In this document: positions 10,161 through 20,026 of the stretch, one piece after another
Layout of the letters: each line of letters begins with the position of its first letter
Position numbering within the stretch: position 1 is the stretch's first letter
Program-made: the position numbers and the translations under genes
Notes under the pieces: generated by a model
What the model saw: only the letters and a program-made list of their open reading frames with translations
Databases searched by the model: none
What the model was told of the DNA's origin: nothing
Source of the DNA: an uncultured archaeon
Lineage (GTDB): Archaea; Thermoproteota; Bathyarchaeia; Bathyarchaeales; Bathycorpusculaceae
Reading direction: 5' to 3'
Assembly: GCA_963810275.1 (NCBI GenBank)
Contig: CAWENF010000002.1
Location: forward strand, 158,654 to 222,653
Length of the DNA: 64,000 nucleotides

Positions 10161-10867
10161 ATACCTCCTTTGCTACTTTGTAGAATAATACTAACAGAAT
10201 TACAAAACTAACTGTGCGAGCAATTTGAGAGCTTATTAGGAAAATTGAACTTCTTTCAACAAGGGAGTAATAAATGTAGATTAGTTGATTTAGCCACAAA
10301 AAAGAAAAAGCTAAAACAGAAATTGATAAAGCCTTAGCTTTATCTCTTTGCAGTAATATTTTTCTTAGTAAAAAGACAATTATGAAAGATAATAGCCCAA
10401 TATTGGCTATTGAAAACAAAGAAGTGTTTTGGTAAATCGACTGCAGACCTAGCGGATTAATAGTAGATAGCAACCCAAGAACAAGTAACATTAATGCAGT
10501 TGAACCCGAAAAAATCACTAAGTAGCCGTGTTTGGTTTCGTTTTGATATTTTCCAGCAAAAAAATAGGATAAAGCAAGTAAGATAAAACCAGCACTTTGA
10601 GATATTGATCGCAGCCACATAAGAGGGCTAGAGATTGATAAATTGTAAAAAGAGCCGATATTTTCAGAGATTACATACAAAACATGATGCGTAAAAAGAA
10701 AAGAAAAGGAAGTAAATAAGAAAAAGAAGCCGAGAGGAAGAAGCAGAAGAAAAAGAGAATTTTTAGTTTTATATATTTTAGAAAACAAAACAACAAGACT
10801 GACTGATAGCACTATACAAGTTAGTTTCTAGTAAGATAATAATCGCTCGTATAGCGGTTAGTTCCAC
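10135..10867 (-). CDS. Multi-pass (about 7 TM) membrane protein, possible sensor; one frameshift near 5' end
   Basis: Hydrophobic ORF 10135-10812; extends to GTG at about 10867 (MELTAIRAIIILLE) behind an AGGTG RBS; overlaps the wHTH gene. Confidence 0.65.
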
Positions 10868-11486
10868 GTGGGCACCTAATGATTAAATGTGTTGAAAGTT
10901 GTTTAAAACATTTTTTCAAAAAAGGTGAATAGGTTAAAGCATCATTTTAGGGCTTAAATGATTTAGCCGCTGTTCTGCGTAAGCTTGGACGCAGTTATCG
11001 CTCACTGGCTCTCTATATTAGTCAGCTTTTTGTCTATCTGGTGATTTAGAATTGTTTTCTCTATATGCACTTGTATAAGCAGTACCTCTGTTGGAAGATA
11101 GAATATCTGCAGAGGCGCAATAGTTGTTTTATGATATTCAACTTTTGATCACACATTATTTATTACCTAACTGCATTTTTGTTGAACTATTTCATAATAA
11201 TCCGTTTTTTCAGTTAATTTTTTATAGGTGTAAGGTTGATTTAATCATCAGTGCAGAATAGGGGTGTACGCCATGGAGAGGCGGGGAGAAATAATACAAA
11301 TAAAATGGGCCGTCTTTCTCGTGTGTCTTTTGCAGCTCTACCCCTTAAATCATAAACAGTTTGACTACTTAGCAAACGATGATTCGTCTATTGATTCAGC
11401 TTTTAGGCAGGCTTTATTGACCTTTGCTGGGCCCATCAGCATTAACGGCCTGGATGGGATTCTCATTAAACTAAATCAAACAGTAG

Positions 11487-11795
11487 GTGACATGTGTGGG
11501 TCTTGAAAACACTCAAAGAATAAAGATCAACAAGCATCGCTGTGTTGTCTGCGGTGCCCCAAGTGAATGTCGCAAGGGTCGACTTTTTTACCAAACCGGA
11601 CGCTCCATGTTTGGTGCTCCATTCTGCAAAGAGCATGCCCTGCATTTCAAAGAATATGCCACTCCTGTTTTTGAAAGTATAGAGGCTCAAGCACTCTTCA
11701 AGTACATGTATCCCCAGACGTACCAAAGTAGAATCGAGGGGAAACTTGTCCTCTATTTTAGTACTCATAAAAACTGCTCTTCCAAAGCAAGATAA
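11487..11795 (+). CDS. Small putative zinc-binding protein
   Basis: CVVC...C...CKEH pattern; AGGTGA RBS-like site nearby. Confidence 0.55.
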   Translation: MTCVGLENTQRIKINKHRCVVCGAPSECRKGRLFYQTGRSMFGAPFCKEHALHFKEYATPVFESIEAQALFKYMYPQTYQSRIEGKLVLYFSTHKNCSSKAR

Positions 11796-11880
11796 GCAAA
11801 GCGGGAGAGACTATCTTGCGCCTGATAGATGAGCTGCCTGCCCAAAGATTTATTTTCAACTTTAACTCATTTGACCTTAA

Positions 11881-12150
11881 ATGGCAGTCTTTTCAATTAG
11901 TCAAAGGCTAAAAATTGCATTAGGAGGATTTTTAACATTTACTGGATTTGTTATTCTTATAATCGCAATATTATTAGCAACGGATTCCGCAAATCTTTCT
12001 TATATTTTTGAAGAAGCAAATGGAGTCACTGCATTATCTGTAGCTGCCACCTTAGAAATCGTAGGCGGAATAATTCTGTTTTTGGGAAGCAAAAAAATTA
12101 CCATCTCATTCGCTGGCAATGAGAAGAAAACCAGCAAGAATACTCATTAA
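11881..12150 (+). CDS. Small 2-TM membrane protein
   Basis: Two hydrophobic segments; TATA-like AAAGATTTAT about 35 nt upstream. Confidence 0.6.
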   Translation: MAVFSISQRLKIALGGFLTFTGFVILIIAILLATDSANLSYIFEEANGVTALSVAATLEIVGGIILFLGSKKITISFAGNEKKTSKNTH

Positions 12151-12438
12151 ACCAGCAACAACAAAAAGCCCAAGTACAGAAACCGAGACACCTGCAGAAA
12201 ACAGGATTGCAGTGCTTTGATTTATTGCAAAGTAGCCCAGCGTCAAAAGCAATATTGCGCCCACAATCATTGATGAAAGACCGAAATATTGACCAACCCT
12301 TTTGCCAATTGAAATTACATTGAACCTTTCTTCTTCCAGAGCTTTCACAGCGGCTTTTTCAGCTTTCACCTCTTCAGCGATAACTGATTTAGAAGGCGCC
12401 TTGACAAACACTTCTTTATTTTCTTTATCCTTGCTCAA
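12106..12438 (-). CDS. Small 2-TM membrane protein (real start likely TTG near 12438, inside ORF 12106-12693)
   Basis: Charged N-terminus SKDKENKEV then two TM helices; GGAG RBS upstream; the longer ORF would overlap the next gene head to head. Confidence 0.55.
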   Translation of the reverse strand: MSKDKENKEVFVKAPSKSVIAEEVKAEKAAVKALEEERFNVISIGKRVGQYFGLSSMIVGAILLLTLGYFAINQSTAILFSAGVSVSVLGLFVVAGLMSILAGFLLIASE

Positions 12439-12568
12439 GAAGCTCGCTCCAGTCAAATAACATAGTGGTAGTTTATAATTAAATGATTTTTGTTTGCTAA
12501 CCATTGAACATCTAGAAAATCTTAAATTGTTCTGTTTAACAACTACATCTAAGTAACGGGTTGTTATC

Positions 12569-14188
12569 TTGCAGAGTACTACACAAAAAAACCTTCTTCC
12601 ATTCTCTGTCTGCACCTCAGATGATGGTCTCGTATTAACGGAGGAAATCGAAAAAGCCGTAATTTTTTGCCTCTCTGAAATAAATAGAGGCAAAGGAGGT
12701 GGGCTTCTTAGAAAAAAGCCTCCAGAAAAAACGGTTTTTATTGGAAAAGTCTATTATCCGTTATGGATTGGTTTATTCGAAAATCAAAACATCATTTTTG
12801 ATGGATTAAACATCTGGTCCAACTCACTCAATTATCAAGATTATCCTTCAACTGAAGTTTTTAGAAATAACCTAAAAGAGACTTCGTCTACACGCCAAAT
12901 TTTTTCAACCTTCCTTTGCAACAATACAGGTTATTTCGAACAAACAAACGGTCAAAAAACATATACTATTCAAGGACTTATAACAAATTTGGATTTTGCA
13001 AAAGCATTTCTTGATTATTCTAAAGAAGCCACGAGTCAAAAGAAAGTTTTAGACAGCATATTAATTTCATCTGCATTTAAAGAAAAAGAGATCGCTGAAA
13101 AAATAAAAGAATTGCTCGATATCCGAGAAAAGTTTAGACAGAAACTTGCTGACTTAAGCGGTACTATCAAACAGATAAACAGTAAAACCCAAGAATTTGT
13201 CTCGTCATCGAACGATGAAATAACTGCAATCGAAAACAAATACAAGCGGCAAATTCAGCAAGCCACGGCGAGATTTGAAAAACAAAAGATGAAGCTAAAC
13301 AAAAGTTACGCTAATAATGTAACCGAAATCTCTGAAAAATATGAGAAAAAAATTGTGATCCTTAATAAAGAAGGAATTGGTCTCCAAAAATCATTAGATG
13401 CGGTTAATCGTGATCTTGATCAAATCAATGTAGATATGAAAAATGCTCAAGTCAATAAAGATGAAGTGACAGAACAAAAATTAAAAGCCAAAAAAAATGC
13501 GTTAAAGACAAAGATTTCTGATATTAATCTTAAAGTTAGGGTTGTAAATGAAAAAACCCAAGAATTAGAGCGCATCAAGAAAGAGAAACTTTTCCAGCTT
13601 CGACAAGAAAATGAGGCAAAAATGGAGGATGCCTCAAAGGAACTCAACGAAATTAACGCATCCAAAGACGCAGAAAAGAAAATTCGTCAAGACGAAATGG
13701 AAAAATTAGAAGAGTACTCATCTAAAATTACGGGTGATATCGACAAATGGGCTAGCTCAATTGAAGAGACAATTAACGCTTTTGATGGTTTTGGGATTAA
13801 GAATGGAAATGGGCCTTTGGGTCTTGTGTATATGCCCTTCTATTTAATCGGTTATATTATTAAAAGTGATAAACGGTACATCTACATTGCGCCTTCAAAG
13901 GCTAATGATATGGATATTTCCTTAAAGCTAAGGTGTTTGGGGAGAAAGAAAATAACGCTACTCTTAGATCCCCGATCAAATGAACTCAACGCTGTTCTAA
14001 ACAGATTCATGGAGTTGTTAAACCAAGATGTGGGTTTTCGCCATGAGATCACGGAGGCATGCGTTAAGCAAAACATTTTAAATTCTGAAGAAGAACGACA
14101 GAAAATCCGCGATGGCTTAAACAATCTAAAAGAGGAAGGTTGGATCTCAGATGAAGAATACGCAGATTTTTCCCAAAACCTCACTTAG
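12569..14188 (+). CDS. Uncharacterised long coiled-coil protein
   Basis: 539 aa; K/E/Q-rich heptad region about residues 165-405 between globular ends with YYPLW and YMPFY motifs. Confidence 0.75.
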   Translation: MQSTTQKNLLPFSVCTSDDGLVLTEEIEKAVIFCLSEINRGKGGGLLRKKPPEKTVFIGKVYYPLWIGLFENQNIIFDGLNIWSNSLNYQDYPSTEVFRNNLKETSSTRQIFSTFLCNNTGYFEQTNGQKTYTIQGLITNLDFAKAFLDYSKEATSQKKVLDSILISSAFKEKEIAEKIKELLDIREKFRQKLADLSGTIKQINSKTQEFVSSSNDEITAIENKYKRQIQQATARFEKQKMKLNKSYANNVTEISEKYEKKIVILNKEGIGLQKSLDAVNRDLDQINVDMKNAQVNKDEVTEQKLKAKKNALKTKISDINLKVRVVNEKTQELERIKKEKLFQLRQENEAKMEDASKELNEINASKDAEKKIRQDEMEKLEEYSSKITGDIDKWASSIEETINAFDGFGIKNGNGPLGLVYMPFYLIGYIIKSDKRYIYIAPSKANDMDISLKLRCLGRKKITLLLDPRSNELNAVLNRFMELLNQDVGFRHEITEACVKQNILNSEEERQKIRDGLNNLKEEGWISDEEYADFSQNLT

Positions 14189-15723
14189 ATTTTGCTGATT
14201 TCAATTTATTTTTATTTTCCCGTTTTGTTCTGCCATTATGCACATTAAAGTTGAAAAAGCCGACTACGATTAAGATTGCGCCTACAAACAGTTGAACATA
14301 AGCTGGAATAAACGGAATAATCGGCGGAGCGAGCATTAACATGCCCAGCATCGCAAAGGCCAGTATGCAGATTCCTACTCCAATCCCGATGCCACCTAAG
14401 GCTATTTGCACTCGATCTCGTCCAGTCATCCTCAAAAAGTAGGATGCAACAACCAAAGCCGTGAGCAACATCCCAGACATAAAAGCGTCTAAAGCGTTTC
14501 CGTCTCCTAAGAGGACCGGAATAAATAGCATAGCTAAAGAAAGTATTATCCCCAAAATTGGTATCACTGGGTATAGCGGAATTTTAAAGGGGCGATCCAG
14601 GTAGGGTTGGGTTTTTCTCAGCCTCATTAGAGACAGGTTGACAAGAGCGAAAACCAAAAGTGACCCAAAACTGGCGGCATATCCTAGAAAATGGAATTGC
14701 ACCGAAAACGCTCAAAAATAAAATTAACACAGTACCTAAGGCTGCTGCGATATAGAATGTGCCGAAGCGTTTATGGACTCTTTGAAGAATTTTTGGGAAG
14801 TAACCGTCTCTGCTCATCCCGCGCACCACGCTGGATTGCACTGAGAGAGCGGTGCCTAAAGTTGAAAGACATGCAACCATGCCAGCTAATGCGAAAATAA
14901 TACTTCCGTATCCGCCAAAAATATCGTTTGCAGCTAAATTCAGTATAGGAACTTGTTGTAATGTTTCTGAGGGGTTGACTGTTCCGATGGCTACCAACGC
15001 TAATAACATGTAAAGTGGAATCAAGACAACAGCTGAAATGATTAGTGCCCGGGGTATGGTTTTTTTAGGTTTATGTGAACTTGTGGCACTTGCAATCAAG
15101 GCTTTTGTTCCGATAAACATTGGGAAAACATAAACGATGGCTGCGAAGACGCCTGTTGTGCCCGAGGGAAGTGGATTTGTGAGCAGATTAACATCAATAC
15201 CGTGGAAGAAACCGCCAATTATGAAACCTATAAACAATAGGATAAATGCGATGACTATGAATTCGTTTGCTCTTCTTGAGCCGCGTATTTCTAAAAGGCC
15301 CATGACTGCAACGATTACAAGGAAAATAATCCAGGATTGGTTTAGAATTGCAGTTTGTATTTGGGGTGAAATCGCCGAAAATAAGTAGGAAAGCTGTAAA
15401 ACAAAAGCAACAGCGGCTAATGACCCCGCAAAAATTGCGGCAAGCCATCTAAAACATCCAAAAATAAACCCGACGTAGCCGCCGAAAGCAGTTTTGATAT
15501 AGGTATATTCACCGCCGACAAGCGGCATTGCGGCACTTAATTCGGCGTAGCTTAGCATTATTAGAATATTGATTGCTCCGGCAAAAGCCAAAGCCAACAA
15601 CACTGCTGATCCAGCAAGATGGAAATAGGCATAATTGAGCAATACAAAGATTTCAACTCCGATTGCCCCGCTGAGACCAGAAATAACAACGTCAAATAAG
15701 CCGAGGCCTTTAAAGCGCTTCAT
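14181..15723 (-). CDS. APC-family amino-acid permease (one frameshift near 14690)
   Basis: SYAELSAAMPLVGGEYTY, GMSRDGYFPK, RPFKIPLYP; split between ORFs 14584-15723 and 14181-14702. Confidence 0.88.
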
Positions 15724-15973
15724 GGATTTCCCTCTTTAATGCTGATTCTCGCCAGTCGTAAATTAAAAAGAGAGAACTTATGACAAAAACTACTCCGAAC
15801 GCAACAAGAAAAGCCACATAGAAGTTTAGGGCTTCAGCAATTGATGATTCCAAAATTAGTATGTTGAATTGTAGAAGAACTGCTCCAGCTAATGCGGAGA
15901 TAGCAATTGTAAGCTGCAGTACTCCTAGTGCCAGTTTGATAAATAACCTGTTTTTAAGCAAACAAGCGCCCAA
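15710..15973 (-). CDS. Small 2-TM protein coupled to the permease
   Basis: Hydrophobic ORF overlapping the permease start. Confidence 0.55.
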   Translation of the reverse strand: MGACLLKNRLFIKLALGVLQLTIAISALAGAVLLQFNILILESSIAEALNFYVAFLVAFGVVFVISSLFLIYDWRESALKREIHEAL

Positions 15974-16116
15974 TTAAACTTAACTTAACCCATATTTATA
16001 ATTGTCAGGTAAAACCAGCGTTAAGCCAAGTATGAGCTTACTAACCCAAACGAATTTGCCTGGTGCATCGAAAACTTTCATGGGGTTCTTTTGGGAGCAA
16101 TTAGGGAGAAGCGAAA

Positions 16117-17094
16117 TTATTTCCAGTATTCTTTAGCCATAAACTCAGCAGAATAGCTGTCGAGATCAGCAAGTTCTTCGGGGTATGGTTCGAGAAATGT
16201 TTGGGTTGACAAGTAGTCATTTTTGAATCTAATTATCCAAGAGCGTAGAATGTTTTTGCTGGAACTAAGGGGGAGTTTACCTTCTTTATATTGTTCTGTT
16301 GTCTTTAAGAAAAATGCTTTTTCATCTTTTGTTAGCTCACTTGAGAAGTAGCCCATTATTTTTAACAGTACATTGATGTTTGAACCAACACTTGGAGGGT
16401 GTGAAAATACGGGGTATAGATTATTTTCATAGAGGCTTAAAATTGTCTCGATTGGCCGATTTTCTTGATTTGCAACAATATTGCCTAATATTCGCAGTTG
16501 TTTTTGGCTATAGGCAGTAAGTAGGTACTTGTTTTCTGAATGGAATTTTATAAGAGATTGAATTGATTTTTTATGCTTTATTGTACGATATTTGGCAAGT
16601 GTAAAAAGCTTAACCAAGAAATGCTCCTTTATTCTAGGATTTAGTAGACGTCTTTCGTCTTCAATAGCTAAATCTGGATATTTTTTAATAACTGCACCTC
16701 CAAAAAAACCTGGTCCTCTAGCAATTGAAGCTGACTTTTCTGAGGTAGGGTAAATTTTTACATTCTTAAAGCCGCTACTAGGAGATGCACTCTTTAAAAT
16801 GAAACCATCAACAGTTTTTAGGGAACTCAAAAACTTTTCTGAGAATTCATCCATCTTCTCTGATAAATCTAAACCGGTTGACGGTTGAATGAGTCTAACA
16901 GCCTCATCTTTTAAAACGAGACGAATTGGATTTCTTGGAACACCTAACCCAATTTCTACTTCTGGGCAGACAGGAATAAATTGGACATGAGGTTTGAGTT
17001 TCTCTACAAAATCGCTAGCAATGATTGTGTTATCCCATCTGACTGGCGAAAAAGTTATACATTTAGAAATTACAACAACCGGTTTATTTATCAT
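16117..17094 (-). CDS. DUF523/DUF1722 (YbgA family, 2-thiouracil desulfurase-like) protein
   Basis: ISKC, PVCPEVEIGLGVPR, FILKSASPSSG, FHSENKYLL, QTFLEPYP motifs. Confidence 0.88.
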   Translation of the reverse strand: MINKPVVVISKCITFSPVRWDNTIIASDFVEKLKPHVQFIPVCPEVEIGLGVPRNPIRLVLKDEAVRLIQPSTGLDLSEKMDEFSEKFLSSLKTVDGFILKSASPSSGFKNVKIYPTSEKSASIARGPGFFGGAVIKKYPDLAIEDERRLLNPRIKEHFLVKLFTLAKYRTIKHKKSIQSLIKFHSENKYLLTAYSQKQLRILGNIVANQENRPIETILSLYENNLYPVFSHPPSVGSNINVLLKIMGYFSSELTKDEKAFFLKTTEQYKEGKLPLSSSKNILRSWIIRFKNDYLSTQTFLEPYPEELADLDSYSAEFMAKEYWK

Positions 17095-17270
17095 AGTTAT
17101 CCAGTCTTTTCTACTATTTAATTCAGTTTAACTATAATTGATAGCTTCTCGGGTCAGGTGTAGAAATAATATTTGCAGGTTTTAGTGTTTTACCACTTTT
17201 TCTGCATATTAAATAGTTTTATTTTGGAGATTTATTTACAAGATTTATTTGTGCCTATAAGAGCATGCCT

Positions 17271-17519
17271 TTAGGGTTCAGTTTTTTGCCCAAACCATCG
17301 CGCTCTCCAAGCGATAACTTCGATCATTTGACGTTCAAGTTCTTCATATTTTTCTTGGTATTCACTAGATTGCCATTTGTGGGGTAATTCATAATCAAAA
17401 TCTAAATTTGGAAAATCCTTGTTCGCTTCTTCTAAGACATCTTTTATGTATTCTGGTGGGACAATTTTGTTTGGCAGATATGGTTCTACTATTTGTTCTT
17501 CAAACTTGCCTTTCTTCAA
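17271..17519 (-). CDS. Hypothetical acidic protein
   Basis: 82 aa with GAGGT RBS upstream. Confidence 0.55.
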   Translation of the reverse strand: MKKGKFEEQIVEPYLPNKIVPPEYIKDVLEEANKDFPNLDFDYELPHKWQSSEYQEKYEELERQMIEVIAWRARWFGQKTEP

Positions 17520-17833
17520 TCTACTTTACCTCAATTAACAATAGTTTGGTTACCTAATATCACTTTTTCGACGATATATAGAATTTCCTCATTTTATCGT
17601 TTAAGAAAAAGTTTAGCTATGGAGAATTGTCATACTTGCTTTTTAGTTTCTTGTGTTAATAAGACCTCTATATCTAGCGGAGCAACTCCTGCATCGTTTC
17701 TGATTTGCAGGAATCAGCCTCCATTTAGGAGTTTTAGCACGAGCTGACAATTTCTTTCCACAATCACAACAGTGATACTTTACAGGTTTATCTCTAATAC
17801 CAATAACTTGCAAGTAATTGCGACTCCAGACAG

Positions 17834-18502
17834 TTATTTTATGTCCTCTTCTATTTTTTGAAGAATAATCCGTACAAGGGACTCTTTGAGGTTCAAAGCT
17901 TTTGAAATGCTCTCTATATCAGTTGTTCGCTCATCTAAAATGTGATGAAGTATTCTTCTTTCATCATGGGTTTTTTGCTTATTTTGTAAATCGTTGCTGG
18001 CATATTTCATTGCCAAATTACGAATAAAGAGCAAAACAGTCTTCTCAGAGTCTACTTCAGATAATTTATCATCAATATCTTTTAGTAAGCAAGAAAATGG
18101 TTCTAACTTGTTTTTTTCAGTGTAATCTTGTATTTCGGTAATGCGTTCCATGAAATTCGTTGCTTGCTTTGAGAGTTCATCAGGTAGTCCCTCAAAGTTG
18201 AGAATTTGCTCACTATACAAATTTGGTCCAAAACTCAAGGATATATAACCAGATTGTTGAAGAAAGTAAGACTTTCTTTTAGGTCCATAAGGGCTGACGG
18301 TGCTTTTTGAGCCCACGATTCCTGCTTTTTCAAGAATTGCTAAATGGCTAGTGACAAGTTGTTGTGCCTGACCTATTTCCTTTGCTAACTCCAGCGGATA
18401 ACTAGGTTCTTGGCTTAGACGTTTGATAATTTTTCGTCTAATTGGATTTTCAAGCACTTTAAGCATTGGGTCAATCTGCGGTTGTTTAATCATCGGTTTC
18501 AC
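17834..18502 (-). CDS. ArsR-family regulator, heat-shock repressor (HSR1/Phr-like) candidate
   Basis: LENPIRRKIIKRLSQEPSYPLELAK...HLAILEKAGIV...GPKRKSY; directly downstream of hsp20. Confidence 0.8.
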   Translation of the reverse strand: MKPMIKQPQIDPMLKVLENPIRRKIIKRLSQEPSYPLELAKEIGQAQQLVTSHLAILEKAGIVGSKSTVSPYGPKRKSYFLQQSGYISLSFGPNLYSEQILNFEGLPDELSKQATNFMERITEIQDYTEKNKLEPFSCLLKDIDDKLSEVDSEKTVLLFIRNLAMKYASNDLQNKQKTHDERRILHHILDERTTDIESISKALNLKESLVRIILQKIEEDIK

Positions 18503-18523
18503 ACATAAAAAGGGAGGGAGAGT

Positions 18524-19051
18524 TTATTTTAGTTCCACTTTTCTTGGTTTTTCCTCTGGTTTTGGTTCTTTCTTTGGAACTTTCAGTTCTAGTACTCCGT
18601 CTTTCATTGAACCCTCAACTTTTGCAGGGTCCACTTCCTCTGGGAATGCAATGAACCTTTGCAGAGAAGAATAAGCTCGTTCTCTATGTACGTAATTTTT
18701 GCGTTTGCCTTCTTTTTCTTCTTTGCTTTCTGCGCTTATTGCCACGCCGTCTTTGTTAATTTGGACATCGACTTGTTCTTTGGTGAATCCTGGAATTTCA
18801 GCATTTACAGTAAAAGAATCCCCGTTGTCGATTAGGTCTACTTGGGCATATCTCGTTGGGAGTCTAAATTCTCGTTCGATTTCAACTATTGGAAAAAATG
18901 GTCGCATAAGGTCATCAAACGAGCTGCGGAATTCGCTGAATATGTCGTCAATGCCTCTTTCTAAGCCTTCTTGTTCTCTCCTTTTTGCTATTGAGGTCCC
19001 AGGGGTTGGGGGAGATACAGTTGTTTTACGTTTTTGTTTTTCTTCAACCAT
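18524..19051 (-). CDS. hsp20: Small heat-shock protein Hsp20
   Basis: Alpha-crystallin domain: AEIPGFTKEQV, RERAYSSLQR, MKDGVLELKVPK; C-terminal VEL motif. Confidence 0.95.
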   Translation of the reverse strand: MVEEKQKRKTTVSPPTPGTSIAKRREQEGLERGIDDIFSEFRSSFDDLMRPFFPIVEIEREFRLPTRYAQVDLIDNGDSFTVNAEIPGFTKEQVDVQINKDGVAISAESKEEKEGKRKNYVHRERAYSSLQRFIAFPEEVDPAKVEGSMKDGVLELKVPKKEPKPEEKPRKVELK

Positions 19052-19064
19052 TTTTTAATCCACC

Positions 19065-19102
19065 TCTATACATAATTTTGTTGTATAGATAGAGTTTACA
19101 AC
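19065..19102. promoter_or_regulatory. Overlapping palindromes upstream of hsp20 (candidate operator)
   Basis: TCTATACA-N9-TGTATAGA (19065-19089) and GTTGTA-N11-TACAAC (19080-19102). Confidence 0.55.
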
Positions 19103-19300
19103 TTCATCCATAAAAATTTTTTGGTAGATTTCTATTCGATTGTTGGCCTCGTTTGCTGCATAAACACTTACAGGGGATGTTTCTTTAGGTAACCTTAAAC
19201 AATTACGTTCCCATTTATGAAGAAAAATAGTAAACCAGTTTGACGCCGCCTTTATTCTTAGCTTTTCTTGATCAAACAGAAGCACGCAACGCTCTTACTA

Positions 19301-20026
19301 TTAGGAAATATCCGAGGTAATCATTTCAAAATTTGGTGTTGCTTCCAGTTTAAGATTTGGCTGGATATTGGTGTCTTTGAGTAATAAGTCCTTGGTTGCT
19401 GGAAATTGCTCATAGAGATCGGTTGTAGTCATAATGATTGTGATGTCCCGATTTTTGGCGAAGTCATTTAGTAGACCCATTAGCAGAGCAACGTTTTCAT
19501 CATCAATGCTTGAAGTAGGCTCATCAGCGATAATTATCTTAGGATTATTTGCCAGCGCTCGCATGATGGCGACGCGTTGTCTTTCTCCGCCGGATAGATT
19601 ATCTGGAAAGCGCTGGGCAAGATGCTCAAGCTGGAAATACCGCAAAAGCTCAGAAACTCGTTTTTTGCGTTGGTCTTTTTTGACACCTGCCAACTCTAGA
19701 GGCACCTCAATATTTTCATGAACCGTCAACGATGGCAGCAGGTTAAAGAATTGGAAGACAAATCCTATATTCTTAAGTCTTAGCTCCGAAAGCTGGCTAT
19801 CCCCGAGTTTGCTTACGTCTTTGCCAAACAGTTTAACCGTGCCTGAATCGGGAGTTTCAAGGAAACCTAAAATCTTTAGGAGGGTAGATTTGCCAACTCC
19901 TGATTTGCCTCTGATAACTACGAATTCGCCTTGCTCAACTGCGAGGTAGACGTCTTTTAGAACTGTATTTTTGCCGAAGCTTCTTGTTAGGGCGTTTAAT
20001 TCTATTACATAGTTATCTTCTTGCAT
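19301..20026 (-). CDS. ABC transporter ATP-binding protein, LolD/MacB type
   Basis: GKSGVGKST, IGFVFQFFNL, LSGGERQR, IIADEPT. Confidence 0.93.
   Translation of the reverse strand: MQEDNYVIELNALTRSFGKNTVLKDVYLAVEQGEFVVIRGKSGVGKSTLLKILGFLETPDSGTVKLFGKDVSKLGDSQLSELRLKNIGFVFQFFNLLPSLTVHENIEVPLELAGVKKDQRKKRVSELLRYFQLEHLAQRFPDNLSGGERQRVAIMRALANNPKIIIADEPTSSIDDENVALLMGLLNDFAKNRDITIIMTTTDLYEQFPATKDLLLKDTNIQPNLKLEATPNFEMITSDIS

Noticed and set aside
19055-19285. 76-aa ORF upstream of hsp20
   Set aside because: Covers the hsp20 promoter and palindromes; no recognisable motif.
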